A DNA stretch of 64,000 nucleotides from Emiliania huxleyi CCMP1516. Its lineage: Eukaryota. Each line of letters starts with the position of its first letter. Position 1 is the stretch's first letter. Both the position numbers and the translations under genes were made by a program. Shown one piece after another: positions 48,658-61,843 of the stretch. The stretch is from contig NW_005201092.1 in the NCBI RefSeq assembly GCF_000372725.1, positions 594,564 through 658,563 of the forward strand, in the 5' to 3' direction. The notes under the pieces were generated by a model, which did no database searches, had not been told where the DNA came from, and saw nothing but the letters and a program-made list of their open reading frames with translations.

Positions 48658-49929
48658 TCAGAAGCCAAAGTCGTCGGCGTCGGGCCCGGTGAGGGGCGTG
48701 CCCCCGCGCCTCACAAGCTCGTCGAAGCCGAAGGAGCGCGGCGTCGGCATTGCCACCCGCGCAAGCATCGGCAGGATCGAGCGCACCGACGACTCGACCT
48801 GATCTCGGGCCATCTCGAGTCATCTCGCGTCATCTCGGGCCATCTCGGGGGTGATATCGGGGTGATATCGGGGGTATCTCGGGAGTAATCTCGGGGGTGA
48901 TCTCGGGGGTGATCTCGGGGGTGATCTCGGGGGTGATCTCGGGGGTGGGCTCGACCTCGTTCTCCGACGAGGCGCCCGACGACTTGTCGCCGGCGTACCC
49001 CTCCTGGTCGAGGGCATCGCTCGGGCGGCTGTGGCCTAGAAAGAAGACGCGCGGACGAGATCAAGCAGCCGTGTACGCGGAGGTCGTCGCTTGGGCGCGG
49101 CCGCGACCGCTGAGCGCGAGCGGCCCGCTGCTCCGCTCCTCGTCGAAGGCAGACCCGCTCTCGAACGTTGAGCCGCGCCTGCAGAGCAGTGGTCCGGCAG
49201 GGGTCCGGCAAGGTGCCTCCGGGAAGGGGAGGCAAGCCTGTGAGGCGAGCCCCGCACCGAAGAGCGTCGAGCGAGGCGGCGCCGAAGCGGCCCAGCCCGA
49301 GTCCGAGTCCGGCCGGCGCGGCGCCAAAGGCGGAGAGAGCCGCGTCGAACGGGCTGCCGGCGAAGGGGCTGCCGGCGGGCGGCGAGAGGACCTCCTCGCC
49401 CTCGAGCCGGGAGGGGCCTACGCAGGGCAAGTCCGAGACGGCTCCGAGGCGGCTCCGAGGCGGGCCCATGCCCCGCCCCTCGAAGGAGGTGCGCGCGCCC
49501 GGCCAGGCCAGCGGAGGCTCTGCGCCGGCTCGCTCGGGGTCAGCTGCCGCCGCAGCGAGCAGGCTGGGCCAGGTGAGAGAGATGCGGCCTGCGGGGGGGA
49601 GGGGTGCGAGGCTGCTCCGAGGCTGTTCCGAGACGGCTCCGAGAGCATGCTGGGCCAGGTGGAGGCGCGACCGACGCAGACGACGGCGTCGCGGCGCGTG
49701 GCCTACGGGGACGTGTCTTGGACGCGTCTTGGACGTGTCCAGGAAAAGTGTCGGGTCGGGCGCGTGGCCTCGGGCAGCGCGTCAAAGTAGCGCGAGAGCG
49801 CCTGTGGGGAGGAGTGCGGGGAGTGGGGTTGCGGCGGGGCTGTGACGGGGCCGGGTGGATGGGAGGGGGGGAGAGGGGGAGGGGGGGAGGGAGAGGGAGA
49901 GGAGAGGGAGAGGGTGAGAGAGGGAGGGA

Positions 49930-49986
<57 letters not shown>

Positions 49987-50731
49987 CGAGCGAGCGAGCG
50001 AGCGAGAGCGAGAGCGAGCAAGAAGCAAGAGAGAGCGCAGAGCAGAGCAGAGCAGAGGTGGGAGAGGGAGGGAGAGGGTCTGAGGGCCGAGCTCTGCTCC
50101 CCGCCTGCTCTCGCAGCGCCTCGCCCGGGACGAGGGCGGTGGAGAAGTGGAGGTGGCGGCCGGCAAAGACGACGTAGTCGCCCACGCCCGCCCGCCGCGC
50201 GATGAAGGAGCGGCGGCCGCCGCGCGGCTCGTGAACCTGCACCACGAACGCCTCCTCGTTGCAGCAGTCGTTGGCGCCGCACAGCTCGCGCGTGCACTGC
50301 GACTTGGAGGAGGCGGCGTGGAGGCGGAGCTGGCCGATCCCGGGCGCCCGCTCCAGCTCAATCAGCCCGATGCACGTCGAGTCGCTCAGCCAGCACAGCA
50401 GCGCGGCCCCGTGGTGCCGGTCCAGCGGGCTCGCGCCGTCGCCCGGCTCCTGCAGCTCCGACGCGTGGACCTCGGCGAGGGTGACCTGCGTGAACATGGC
50501 CTCCGGCCCACCGGCGTCGAGCGTCGCCTCCAGGTCCACCAACCGCGCGCGCTTGGCGCTCCGCGTGGCGAACCGGCGGCCGTGCCGCGTCGCCGCCGCC
50601 ATCGCCGCAGCCTCTGCCGCCGACGCCTCCGCCAGGTCGGCGAGCGAGAGCGTGTCCATCAGGGTGTCGTCGGACGAGCCGGGCTGAGAGCTCGCCCGCC
50701 GCCGCCGCTGCCGCCAGCCGGTGGACTGCAT
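48658..50731 (-). CDS. Hypothetical multi-exon protein
   Basis: Coding-like first exon (MQSTGW...GDYVVFAGRHLHFSTALVPGE) and last exon (VESSVRS...DDFGF*) with repeat-filled introns; no recognised domain. Confidence 0.45.
49860..50080. repeat. Polypurine (GA)n/(GAGC)n/(GCAGA)n tract, probably intronic
   Basis: Directly visible. Confidence 0.9.
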
Positions 50732-51325
50732 CGGCGGCGAGCGGAGGTGGCTAATCCAATGGCCGGCTGGCGCCAACGACCCGCAGGGCTTTTTCTTCTT
50801 TTCGCCATGGCCTCACCACCGCTAACCAACCCCGACCCCGAGCACACGCAGAGCTCATCGCACGACTACACGCACCATCATGGAAACCATCTCTCTCTCT
50901 CTCTCCATCATGGAGAAAGGCACGATCACGACGACCTTCTCGCACCGCCGCTGTCTCTCCCGGCGGCGCCGCCGCCTCGAGCGCCCAGACATCAGCCTAG
51001 GCGGCGCAGCCGCTGACATAGACAGCTTTTGGAAAAAGCAAAATAAAGGAGAACGAAGAAATTTTGAGCAAAGGGCGACGTGGACGAGGAGATAAAACCG
51101 ACGAAATCCGAAACGTCTGCAGGATCTTTCGGTTGCACACGCGACACGGACGCAAGGAGAGAGCTCTATCCCTCTCTCTCCGGACGCATGGACGCATGAA
51201 CCTGCTTGCGATTCGGTGGGGGACTGAGGAGAGCTGAGGGAGGAGCTCTCCTCACTCCGGGGCTAAGCGATGCGGAGCGCTCCCAGTCCCGGTCCATATG
51301 TAATTAACAGTCTCTTGTGGTGGGC

Positions 51326-53040
51326 TCATTTGAGGCAAGAAGAAGTGTTCGCCGCCGTCGCCGCCGCCATCGAAAGGTCGCAGCACCTGTACTCGTACTG
51401 AATCTTGTCCTCTTCTGAGTAGGTCAATAGTTTGAACTGCTGCAGCGCCTCGTGACCCTCGCAAGCAACGTGATGCCTGTCGAGGTAGTGATAGTCGGTC
51501 TCGTAGGAGCCCGGTTCGTTTTCCACCCACCAGAGACAGGCAGGGTCGTAAGAGTGCGGCACATGGACTGGTCGAGCTTGGGCCAGTCGCGGCAGGTGAA
51601 ATCGTAGTGAACCTGATCTTCTAATTTCACCAGCTTGAACTGAGAGAGCACCGTTCCCTCGCCACAGCTGACATTGTGGCGATCGAGATAGCGGTAGTCG
51701 TTCCCGTAGTCGTTCGGCACCGTTGTCTTCTTTTCGGCAGCAGACAGCTCCTCTACCGTCGGCTTCACGCACCGGTAAGCAAAATTGACTCGCTTCTTCG
51801 GCGGCGACGAGGAGGGTGAGGAAGGTGGCGGCGGGGGGGGACTCACGAGCAGAAACGAATTGAGGGCTCCAACTGGCCTCGCCACTGCAAAATTTCCCTC
51901 GCTTGGCTCGCAGCTGACGTCGTGCTTTTTGAGGTAATGGTATTGACGATCCTTCCAGAAGTGCCCGGGCGGCCCGTCATACTTTTTCATCGTGTAGACG
52001 TACTTCGATAGGATTGGGAGATGCAGGCGCGGGTCATCCTCGGGTTCGTAGCAGTTGCTGATCATGTCGTAGTTCATATCCTTGTAGTTTGTGCAGTACT
52101 CTTCCATGGCCTTCACCATGTTACCCTTCTTCGCGGCTGAGCTCTCGGGCATGCCGTACTCCGTGTCGAAGACACTCACGATTTCCTTGAGCTCAATGTG
52201 CACAGGCATCGGGTTGTCGCGGACTCTCGCCATCCACACCGACGTGTTATTGCTGAATTCTCCCCCGATGCTGTAAGCATCGTCGCTCGTACGCTTCTCT
52301 TCAAAGGACCGCTTCTGCTCTTCGGCTGTTGCGCGGCTCGCGCTGGCGCCGCCACTGAAGCCAAAGGCGGAGACGCTGGCCGCGGCTTTGATATCTAGAT
52401 CGTGGCTCTCCATCTGGGCAAACCCAAACTCCGTAAAGTAGTGGTGTTTCCCATAGCGTCCTCCCATCAGCATATAGCCGACAAAGTGCGTCCCCCAATC
52501 CTTGATGAAGTGGTAGTACATGTCTTTGTCGTACGCATCTGGGAGGCCTGCCACTGCCGCGATAAAGTGGTCGCTCAACTTCGGGCCACTGGCCAACATC
52601 AGCCTGGCTGAGTACACCTCGCAAAATGCATCGCTCATCACTGTCACGGTCCTCTGTGACGAGTCAGTCGACTCCTGCTTCTTGAAATCAGCGCTCGCCT
52701 TGAACTTTGCGCCCCAGCCTTCCCCTTCCACGCTGGCCGACTCCTGCAGGTGCTTCTGGTAAGACTTCGTTCCGCTCATAATCTTGGAAGTGAACGTCGA
52801 CTGACATGCATCCATGGTGGAGTCGATGTGACTGCCGTCCGGCATCTCCCAGTTCTTGTCGTCGGGGGTGGTATCGCCATCTTCATAGGAGAGCTCGAAG
52901 ATAGGCGACGTCTTGAAGCCAGGGTCGGGCCCTTCCGTGGAGAGAGGGTTGCCCAGTATGACATCGTAGCCGGATCCGAGTTTTGTGATGCCAGCAGGCT
53001 TCACGGCAAACGCGAGCGCGGTCAGGATGGTGGCTACCAT
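51326..53040 (-). CDS. Secreted MACPF/perforin-like protein with three C-terminal YLxxH Cys repeats; frameshift near 51520
   Basis: Signal peptide MVATILTALAFA; LGSGYDVILGNP; MACPF signature YYHFIKDWGTHFVGYMLMGGR; repeats YLKKHDVSC, YLDRHNVSC and YLDRHHVAC (the last in another frame, ending at 51326). Confidence 0.88.
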
Positions 53041-53559
53041 GAGGGATGAGACCTGAGGCGATGAGCCGGCGAGGCGTCAGTTTGACGCAGCGACAGCGCA
53101 TGTTCACGTGTACAGGGCGAAGCCGAGGTAGCGAGGCGCGAGAGGAGCCGTGCGGGGAGGGCCCGAAGAAGGGCGTGGGGCAGGCGAGTGCCGCGGTGGT
53201 GTTGTGGTGGCGATGCAGATTAGCAAGACTCCTACAGGAGCTTGGCCGCTTGGGCACCGGCGCCAAGGTGTCGCGCTGATTTCATCGGCAATGCCGTGTC
53301 ACGACCTTCGCGTGGTCTCGAACACCTTCGTACCACATCGGAATGATAGTCGTTTCTTTGGTTACCGATCGAGTACAGTCGCCTTGCAACACCGCTCTGT
53401 GCTCTCGTGTGTGTCTCGCTGTCAGGACACAGGAGACGGAACACGGAGGAGCTGTGTATGTATAGGTCACTAGAGACCCACACCATCGGCATCGCTACAT
53501 CACCACAGCCACCAAGTCGGCAAACACGTTTGTTTGTTCATTCTTCCAAGTCGGATACA

Positions 53560-53619
53560 CAGAGAGAGAGAGAGAGATTTTTAGCAATACCAAACAACTC
53601 TAACACTCACATTGTTTGT
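53560..53619 (-). mobile_element. (CT)n-tailed retroposon 3' end
   Basis: 9-bp TSD TCGGATACA at 53551-53559 and 53620-53628; matches 23904-23942. Confidence 0.82.
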
Positions 53620-53784
53620 TCGGATACAAGTCGATGACAATGTGCGCGGCAGGACAAACCAAACATGAGACGGTTACACAAGGACGGTCAGGCTACAGTC
53701 AGGAAGTAGGTTTGAGTTCACACTCTCCAACACGCAGAGCGCAGTGCGCCGGGGCACCTGCCTAGCGGCTGAAGGTTTGACTGG

Positions 53785-53920
53785 TCCCCAGGGCCTCCAG
53801 GGCTCGCACCTCAACCTCTCATGGATAGACCAGCGCACAGCGATTTACCTATTTTCTTCTCAAAAAGAAGGTCTGTGAACGCAGTGATCTGTGATCTGTG
53901 AGGGTCCGCCCGCAGGCGCA
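53785..53920 (+). repeat. Dispersed repeat shared with 17111-17230
   Basis: See 17111. Confidence 0.8.
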
Positions 53921-55014
53921 TTTTCCTACCTAGTTGTCCGGCATGCGAGGGCATGCTCGGCCGTTCGGAGTCCCCCCCGTCGTAGAGGACGTCGGAGGGA
54001 GGCGAGGACGACTGTCTCCGCAGGCGGACCTCAGTTACGAGCCGCCCTCCCCTCGAGACGCGAGGCCAGCGCACACTTGGGGCCGAGCCCCAGCGTGCAC
54101 CGTCCCACACGCCTCACGCGGCCTCTGGCTGGAACGGGGTCGCAAGCGAGTCCCCCAGGCCGGCGCGCGTCTTCCGGGAGCGCAGTGCGAAAAAATCGAA
54201 ATGAGGAAGAAATGGAAATGTTAATAAAAAACGGAGCGGCCTCGTGGATATCGAAGAAGAAAAGAAATCGAGCGCTTTTGCGCGAACCCGCGAATGGAAC
54301 CCGCGAATCACCCCGTTTTTGCCCATTTTCGGTCATCCGTCAAAATATCTGAAGATCTGAATGGGGGATTCTCCCCAAACCTTGCTCAGCTGATCCAGCA
54401 TGGGTCGTAGGCCAGGCCTGGGCAAAGAAACCAGTGCCTCATCAGGCTTCCCTGAGCGTCACAGCTCGGTGATCGCGCCGGCCGGACACCACTGTGACGT
54501 CCGTTCCGGGCATTTGAACGCGACCTTCGGGGGCAAAGACATGGGCTCTATGGCTCAGACTGGACTCCTCTTGGTCCCTTCTGATGCCCTAGGCCATACC
54601 TGGGCCTTACCTGGGGTTCTAGGGGCCGGGCAGGGTTTGCCCACCTAAAGGGGCCCGAAGAACCTGAAGGTGCATGCACATGTACATGTACATGTTGTTG
54701 TGCATGTGCATGTTTAAAACGGAGGGAAGGGTGCAGAGCTGCAGAGAGTTACGAGTTAGAAACGGGAAGCAATTGCGTGAGGGGGGGGGGGGAGGGGGGG
54801 TCTTGATTGAGAAATCTGAAGCCATCGCTCAGCCTCAGTCAGGAGGCAGGTTGATGTTATTGAATTTAACTTGAGGGCAAAAGAGAAAATATTTGGCGAT
54901 CGATGCCGAACCTACCTCGCGCGCGCGCGCGGCAGCGCGCGAAGCGAAAATTCCAGCGGCGAGCAGTTCGGTGTGGCCTCTCGGGCCATAACACCGTGGA
55001 TCCGGGACGGCTCT

Positions 55015-55167
55015 CTCATAGCAGCCCATAATAACATGTTATGGGTGTTATGGGTGTTATGGGCCCTCATAGCAGCCCATAATAACATGTTATGGGTGTT
55101 ATGGGTGTTATGGGCCCTGTTATTATGGGCTGCTATGCCCCGAGAGCCATAACACCATAACAATAAC
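55015..55167. repeat. 51-bp tandem duplication with internal TGTTATGGG units and a 20-bp inverted copy
   Basis: CATAGCAGCCCATAATAACA twice, then TGTTATTATGGGCTGCTATG. Confidence 0.85.
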
Positions 55168-55254
55168 TGTGTCTGGCGGGGCGGTTCCGGATCCCCCAGG
55201 GTATTCCGAGCGGGTCCATACGGTGGCAGCCCCGCCGGCGGCGGGGGTGGAAAT

Positions 55255-55440
55255 AGAAAGAAAGAAAGAAAACAGACAACCCAAGGGAGGGATGGGAGGA
55301 CGGCACGCCGCCACCACACAGGGATTTTAAGGAGAGGGGTGTGGTGCGCTAGCCGTCGCCCACCCTTGGGCGTCCGCCTCTTCCTATCTCACTTCGCAGT
55401 CTCTCTCCGATTCTCGCTGCAACCTTCGTGCCACCTCGCG
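55255..55440 (-). mobile_element. 5'-truncated (CTTT)n-tailed LINE-type copy
   Basis: Aligns with 63357-63545, including the ORF end KVAARIGERLRxEIGRG...RVGDG*. Confidence 0.88.
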
Positions 55441-55503
55441 GTCTCGTGGAGGCGGCGGGGGGCTCGCATGAATTCTTTTCCATGGCCGTTGGGCGTTCTG
55501 ACA

Positions 55504-58500
55504 ATGGCTGATTCGCCCGAGGTGGCGGATGGCAGCCAGGCAGCGGACCACCCGCCACCCGCCACAGCAGCCAAGGCCGACGACTGCCGGCCGCTGCTCC
55601 TCTCCATGTGCGACACGCTCAAGCGCCTCTTTGTGCACTGCGAGGAGAACCGGCGCGCCGACATCACTCAGCAGGTGGTCGAGGCGCTCGCCATGTGCCA
55701 GGAGGACTTTAGCGAGCTGCACGAGGCGCTGCTGTCTGGAGAGGTGTGGACGCTCCGCGAGCCGCTCTCTGCAATGTCCAACTCCTCTCTCGTGCTGACG
55801 GCGCACGAGGCCGGCGTCGGTCTAGTGGCGGAGGCAGCAGAGGGGACGGAAGGACGGAGCGGCGGCGGCGACTGCGGCGGCCAGGACAGCGCCGGCGGCG
55901 GCGATGGCGTCGTCGGGTCGCGAGTGCCAGAGGATGGGGCGGCGGCTGGCGTCGAGACGGCCTCCCAGAGCCCCGGCGCAGGAGGAGACGAGGCGCCGCT
56001 CGACTCGCCGGCGGCGCACGCGCAGATGCTGGCGCAGCTCGAGAGCCTCGACATGGAGATGCTGCAGGAGGCGGCGGCGTACTTTGACGTGTCGCAGGTG
56101 CAGGCCAAGGGCGGACGGAAGGGACCGGCGGAGCTGTTGCCGCGCGAGGAGCATGAGTCGCTCTACCTGCGGCGCGCCACCGCCGAGGGGAGGGAGAGGA
56201 GCGCTCGCGCCTTCCTCGCCACGCTCAGCCAGATGATGCTCGAGGCGCGCCCCTCCCCTCCCACCGCCCCCCCACACACGCCCCGTCGAGCGACCACCTC
56301 TCTCTGGGCGCGCCTTGTCCTCGCCTCGCCCCCGCCATTGCCCGCCAAACCGCCTCTCTCTCGCCCTCCCAACGCGCAGGTGGCGACCAGCCGCGCCGGC
56401 CGCTCGGCCTCTGCCTCCAGCTGCGGCATCCGGGCCGGCGGCGCGCCCGAGGAGCCGCCGCAGCGCCTCTCCACCTTCCTCTCCCCTCCCTTCTCACGGT
56501 GAGCAACATGTCTTCTTCTTCTAGGAGCCGGAGCAGGGCCTGTCCGGCTTCCTCTCGCCCGAGCGGCGCGCCGCGTCGCCGCACGCCTCCTCCGCCCCCG
56601 CCTCGCCGCGCGCGGGCGGCCGCGGCGCCGCGGGCGGCGGCGAACTCGAGGGCGGCTTGCGCGGGGAGGAGAGGGAAAACGAGGGGTGGGAGGTGTTCGC
56701 GCGAAGAGCCGGAAGGCTGCTCCCCTCGCTGCGCGTCTTCACACCTCCACCTGCGATCAGGACCCGCGCGAGAAGCGCCGCTCGCGCCGCCGCCGCTTGT
56801 GGGAGACGTCGCCGCCAGACGCGCGGCCAGGCGCGCAGTCAGGCGGAGCGGGCGCAGGGACGTCCGACGCAGAGGCATCCGCGCCCCTCGCCGAGGCATC
56901 CGCGCCGCTCCCGGCGCCTCCGCCCCGCCGCCCCCCCGCGCCGTCCTCCGCGCCGCCCACCGCCGCACCGCCGTACGCCGCCCCGCCGCCGCCCGGCACG
57001 CCTCCGGCTGCCGATGCGGCTGCCGGCGAAAATTGCGGCGAGAGCGCGGCAGGCGGGTGCGGCAAGGCGGCGGCGGCGGGTCGCAGCCCGCCGACGTTGC
57101 CGACGTTGGTGGTTGAGGTGGACGGCGCTGCTGCCACGCACGCCGCCGCAGCCGTCGCTAGCGCGGGGCGTGTCGGCGAGGCGGAGGACGGCCCGCGCGC
57201 CGCCCTTAGCGACGGCGGGCTCGCCGCCAGCGAGGGCCCCGCGAGCCCTCCTCGCAGCGACGGAGGGGTGCAGGGCCCCGCCTCGCCGCGGGAGCGGATC
57301 ATCCCGACGTGGACCGCGTGGCGCGACGAGGCGGCGGCGGCGGCGGGCGCGGCGGGCGACGAGCCGGCGGCCGCCACCGCGGGCGAACTTTCCGCCGGCG
57401 GCGGCGTTGAGCCTCCCGACGGGACTCGCAAGCCCCTCGCCGCGAAGAGCTCCAACAAGGCTCTCCGCCGCCGCCGCCGGCCCCCGCCCCCTCCGTCGCT
57501 CCTTCCAAGCACGCCGCCCAGCCGCGAGCCAACGAGCTCCAAGGCCACACCCACACCCGCCGCCCCTGCCGCCACCACCGCCGCTTCTGCTGCCACCACC
57601 GCCGCCGCCACTGCCCCCGCCGTCGCCACCACCGCCAACGCCAACGCCACCGTCGCCCCTGCCGCCACCTCCACCGCCCCTGCCGCCACCACCACCGCCC
57701 CTGCCGCCGACGCCGCCGCCGCTGTCTCCGGCGCCACTGCCGTCTCCGCCGCCACCGCAGCTGGCGGCGGCGAGGAGGGGTCGCCTTCCAGGAGCGACGT
57801 GCGCGACAAGGGGCCGAAGGTCTCCCGAGCGAGGGGCCGGAGGAGCTGCGGACATGCGTGTGTGCGAGTGGCGTGCTTGGTTCGTGCTTAGGTGTCGCCT
57901 CGCAAGGGGTCGGAGGAGCTGCGGCAGGCGGCCGCGCTGAGGCATGCGCGCGCCGAGGCGCAGCGCGAGCGCCTGGCGGCTGAAGAGGTGCGCGAGCACA
58001 GCGTCCCTACACCTCCCCTCCCCTCCCTCCACCTCCCCACCTCCCCTGGCGTTTCCTCGCCTGCGCGGCAGGCGGAGCGGCTGCGGGCGGTGCGAGGGCG
58101 CGAGGAGGCGGTGCGCTCGCGCAAGGAGGCGCAGGCGGCCGAGAAGCGGCTCGCCATGGAGCGGCGCCTTGCGCGCGCAGAGGCTTCTCGCGGCGAGACG
58201 GTTGCGGACAAGGTCAAGACACTTCCCAGACACTTGCTAGACACGTCGCAGACACTTCCTGAACCCTTGCTAGACGCGCTCGCGGAGCTTCTCCACGCCT
58301 CCCCCTCCCCACGCCTCCCCTCCCCCTCTCCGCGCCCTAAAGGTGTGCCGCGCGCGGGCGGAGATCCGGAAGGTGGACGAGGTTGCCTTCATCAACAAGG
58401 CCAGCGACGCCCCTCGGCTCGGAGGCCAACCCCCAGCGAACCCCAGCGAACCCCAGCGAATCTCTCGGCTGCAGGTGCGCGACGACCCCGCATTGAGCTC

Positions 58501-61500
58501 GGAGGCGGCGCGTGTGGTCGACGCGCGCGCCGAGGCGGCGTACGCTCGCTGGACAGCCTCCATCGAAGGGCGAGCCTCGCGCGCTGCCGAGGCGTCGCCC
58601 CGCGCACGGAGGGAGAGAGAGCCATCCCCCGCGTGATGCCCACCGCCACTGAGAGTGGTGTGCTCGCGCAGGCGTCGCGCCGCCGGGAGATCGCTCTCGA
58701 GTCGCGCAAGGGCGAGCTCGCGACCGAGCAAGCGGCGCGCGCGCTCAAGGCGCGGGAGAGGGAGCTGAGCGCCAACGCGCGCCGGCTCGCGATGGTGCAG
58801 GCGCTGCTCCTGCAGCGGCGAGAGCGGTCCGAGCGACGCGAGTCAGCGCTGCATGAGGTGCCCCTCCCTTACCTCCCCCCCCCCCCCCCCCCTCCTCCCC
58901 CTTCAAACGGCACTCGAGCCCTCCCAGCCCTCCTACCCCTCCCGCCACACCAGATGCACCACCGCCCGCCCACACCACCACCATGCCCGCCCCCTCCCCT
59001 CCACCACCCGCCACAGGTGCGCGAGCGGCGCGCGACGGACAACTCCGACGCCGAGGGGCTGGAGGGCGACGCGGGCAGGAGGAAGAAGTCTCGCCCGGGC
59101 CGGCGTGGCCGCCCGGACGCGCGCGCGCTGGCCGCCGTGAGCGAGTCCGAGTCGGCGCACGGCTCCGCCGCACCGCGTGGAGAGAGTCGAGGCGCAGCCA
59201 GCCCGCTCCGCGCGCGGCAAGGCGCCGCCAACGTCCCGCACGCGCCGGGCGGCGTCGACGGCGCCAGCCAGGGCGGCAAGCAGCAGCCGCACGCCGCACG
59301 CAGCGCGTCGAGCCCGGTCGCTGGCCGCTTCGAGCACCGCGGCGCGTTCGGCGCCCTCCTTTGCGCGTCAGAGACGGACCAGACGGACGCCGAGGCCGAC
59401 GCCGCTCCCACCGCGACCGACGAGGCTAGCGACGCGGTCCCGCAGGCGGCCGCAAAGGTGTCCAGCGGCGACAGGGGCGGCAAGGGCGACGGCGGCGGCG
59501 GCGGCGGCGGCGCGGTGCCGGCGGCTGCAGAGGCCGGCACGAGCCGCGGCGGTGACGGCACGCTCAAGAAGGGCGCGCCGGCGGCTCCTCCGCCGCCCAC
59601 GTTCGAGCCTGAGCCCGAGGTGGTGCACGCGCAGCGCGCGCGTCAAGAGAGGATCATGAATCACGAGTCGCTCATCACTCACAGGTGCGGCGCAAGCAGC
59701 GCGCCCGGCTGAAGAAGGTTCGGTCGAGGATGGCGGCGACGGCGGCGTCGGTCAGGAGCGAGGACTTGGAGCCGCTCTGGTCGGTCGGCGGCGGAGGGCA
59801 GGGAGGGCACGGCGGGCGGCGGCTGGCGAGGCTTTGCGCGAGCCTCTCCGAGGTGTGCGGCCAGCCCCGCTCGGACGGCGCCGAGGCGGCGGCGAGCGAG
59901 GCCGCCAAGCTGCTCGAGGCGGGCCGGGAGAAGGAGCTGCATGCGGCGCGCACGCTTGGCGCGCTCGACGCTCTCTCCGAGCTCGCCGCCGGCATCGACG
60001 GCGCAGGCTGGCCCATGCCGCCCCGCCGCTCCACACAGGCATCCAGAGGAGCCGGCGGGACAACCGCACCCCCGTTCCCTTTGTTGCGGAGCCTCTCGCT
60101 CCACTTCTAGGCGGCGGCGACGCGCGCTCTGCTTGCGGCGGCCGCCCTGCCCTGCAACCGCGTGCACCTCCTCCTCCGGAGCCATGTCGTGGCGGGCCTC
60201 GCAACTTGCACTCTCGCGAGCGCCGTCCAAGCTGCGCGGCCCGACGCTTGCGACGCCTCCGAGCCCGAGCCAGCCACGAGCGGCGAAGGGGGCGGGGACG
60301 TCTGCTTGCTGCCGGCGCTGCTGCGCTTGCTGCGGCTGCTCATCACGCCGTTGCCGCCGGGGCTCGCCGTGCGGGGTGAGTTGCGGGCGGCGCTGTCGAA
60401 GCTGCGAGCGGACCTGGTGACGCTGCTGGTCGTGTCTGGCGGCATGAAGTCGCTGCAGGAGCATTGCGCGCGTCGCGCGGCGACGCTTGCCCAGGCGACG
60501 GCGCACGGCGCATTGCTGCGGCAGTACGTCGCCTTGCTGCACGCGCTGCTCCTGCCGGTGCACCTGTCAATGAATCACAAGTAATCATCATTGTCATTAC
60601 TAAACTACACATTTCTGACTGATAGGTGCACGAGGACCCCGCGGGAGCCTCGTGCGCGTCGGTGTTCAAGGAGTTCCTCCGCTCGTCGTGCGTCTGCGGC
60701 TTGCCCGCCCTCGCTTGCGCCATGCTCGTCGAGGCGTCGCAGCCCGGCGGCGGAGTCGCTCCCCGCCCAACGCTCGGAGCCGCCGCCGCCGTCACCGCGA
60801 GGCCGCCGCCGGGGCGGGCCCGGGTGCGCCCTTGCGCGGCGGTGCTATCGGTGTGCCGCTCGGCCGTCCGCTTGCTCGCCCACGTCGGTTCCGTCGACGC
60901 GCCGCTGCTGCGCGGCTTGCTCTGCGGGGGCGAGTTCAAGGCGCAGCTACTCCACCTCGTCCACCTCGCGCTCGACCTGTCCGAGGACGCCAACATTCGC
61001 GGCGGAGGCGGCGGAGGCGGGAGCGGTGGAGGCGGCGGCGGGAGCGGCGGCGGAGGCGGCGGAGGCGGAGGCATGGGCGAGGAGCGCGTCGGCAGTGCGG
61101 AGGAGGTGGGGTCGCTGCTGCACGAGCTGCTGCTCGTGCTTGGCATCTTCGTGCACGGCTCGCGCGCCAACGCGGAGCTGCTGCGGTGGAGGTGCGGCGA
61201 GCGGCCCACCATGCTGCAGCGGCTCGTCTCGCTGCCCTTCCGCTACTGGTGCGTGCCGGCGCTGCGCCGCGTGCTGCTGCCGACATTGCTGTGCGGCTGC
61301 CTGCACGACCCGACCAACACGCAGATCCTGTCGGCCTCGCTCCACCCGGCGCACCTGGTCCGCTTCCTGCAGGAGGAGACGGAGTCGGCGGGCGACTCGC
61401 CGAGCGGCGCGACGCCCGCCGCAGTCCTCCTCCCCGACCCGTCGGAGCTGCCAATCGTTAACATGGACTATGCGCTCTCGGCCCGGCTCCCGAGAGAGGA

Positions 61501-61636
61501 GTGGGCGGGCGCCATCGCATTCTTCTCTCGCCAGCCCGCGTCGCCAAGCTCCACGGCCAGCTCCCCGCCGGCGGCGCGCTCGGTCGACGGAGAGGACTGC
61601 CCATCGGCCCTCTGTCTCGCGCAGCAGGCGGCCTGA
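55504..61636 (+). CDS. SCAPER: SCAPER-like protein, multi-exon
   Basis: N-terminal LKRLFVHCEE...QEDFSEL; central coiled coil with RKVDEVAFINK; C-terminal LLHELLLVLGIF...PTMLQRLVSLPFRY...VLLPTLL...LSARLPREEWAGAIAFF. Confidence 0.8.
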
Positions 61637-61843
61637 GAGAGTCGGACTCCAGGGACATGGGGATTCTGGCATTCTCTCCAAACATACAGGGTGTGACATG
61701 TACATGCAAAGTGAAACTCGTGTTGAATTTCCGACATGCTTCTGGCGTGCACGTGTACTGTAATACTCACAAATGACAAAAGCATGTGACACCATGATCC
61801 ATGTGCCGTGTGCCGGCGCGAGCCAGCAGCCACATCCTCTTAC

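Noticed and set aside
51515..51530. Programmed -1 frameshift in MACPF
   Set aside because: No X XXY YYZ slippery heptamer in the zero frame.
55237..55461. GGCGGCGGGGG as TSD of the 55255 copy
   Set aside because: Low complexity and not directly adjacent to the tail.
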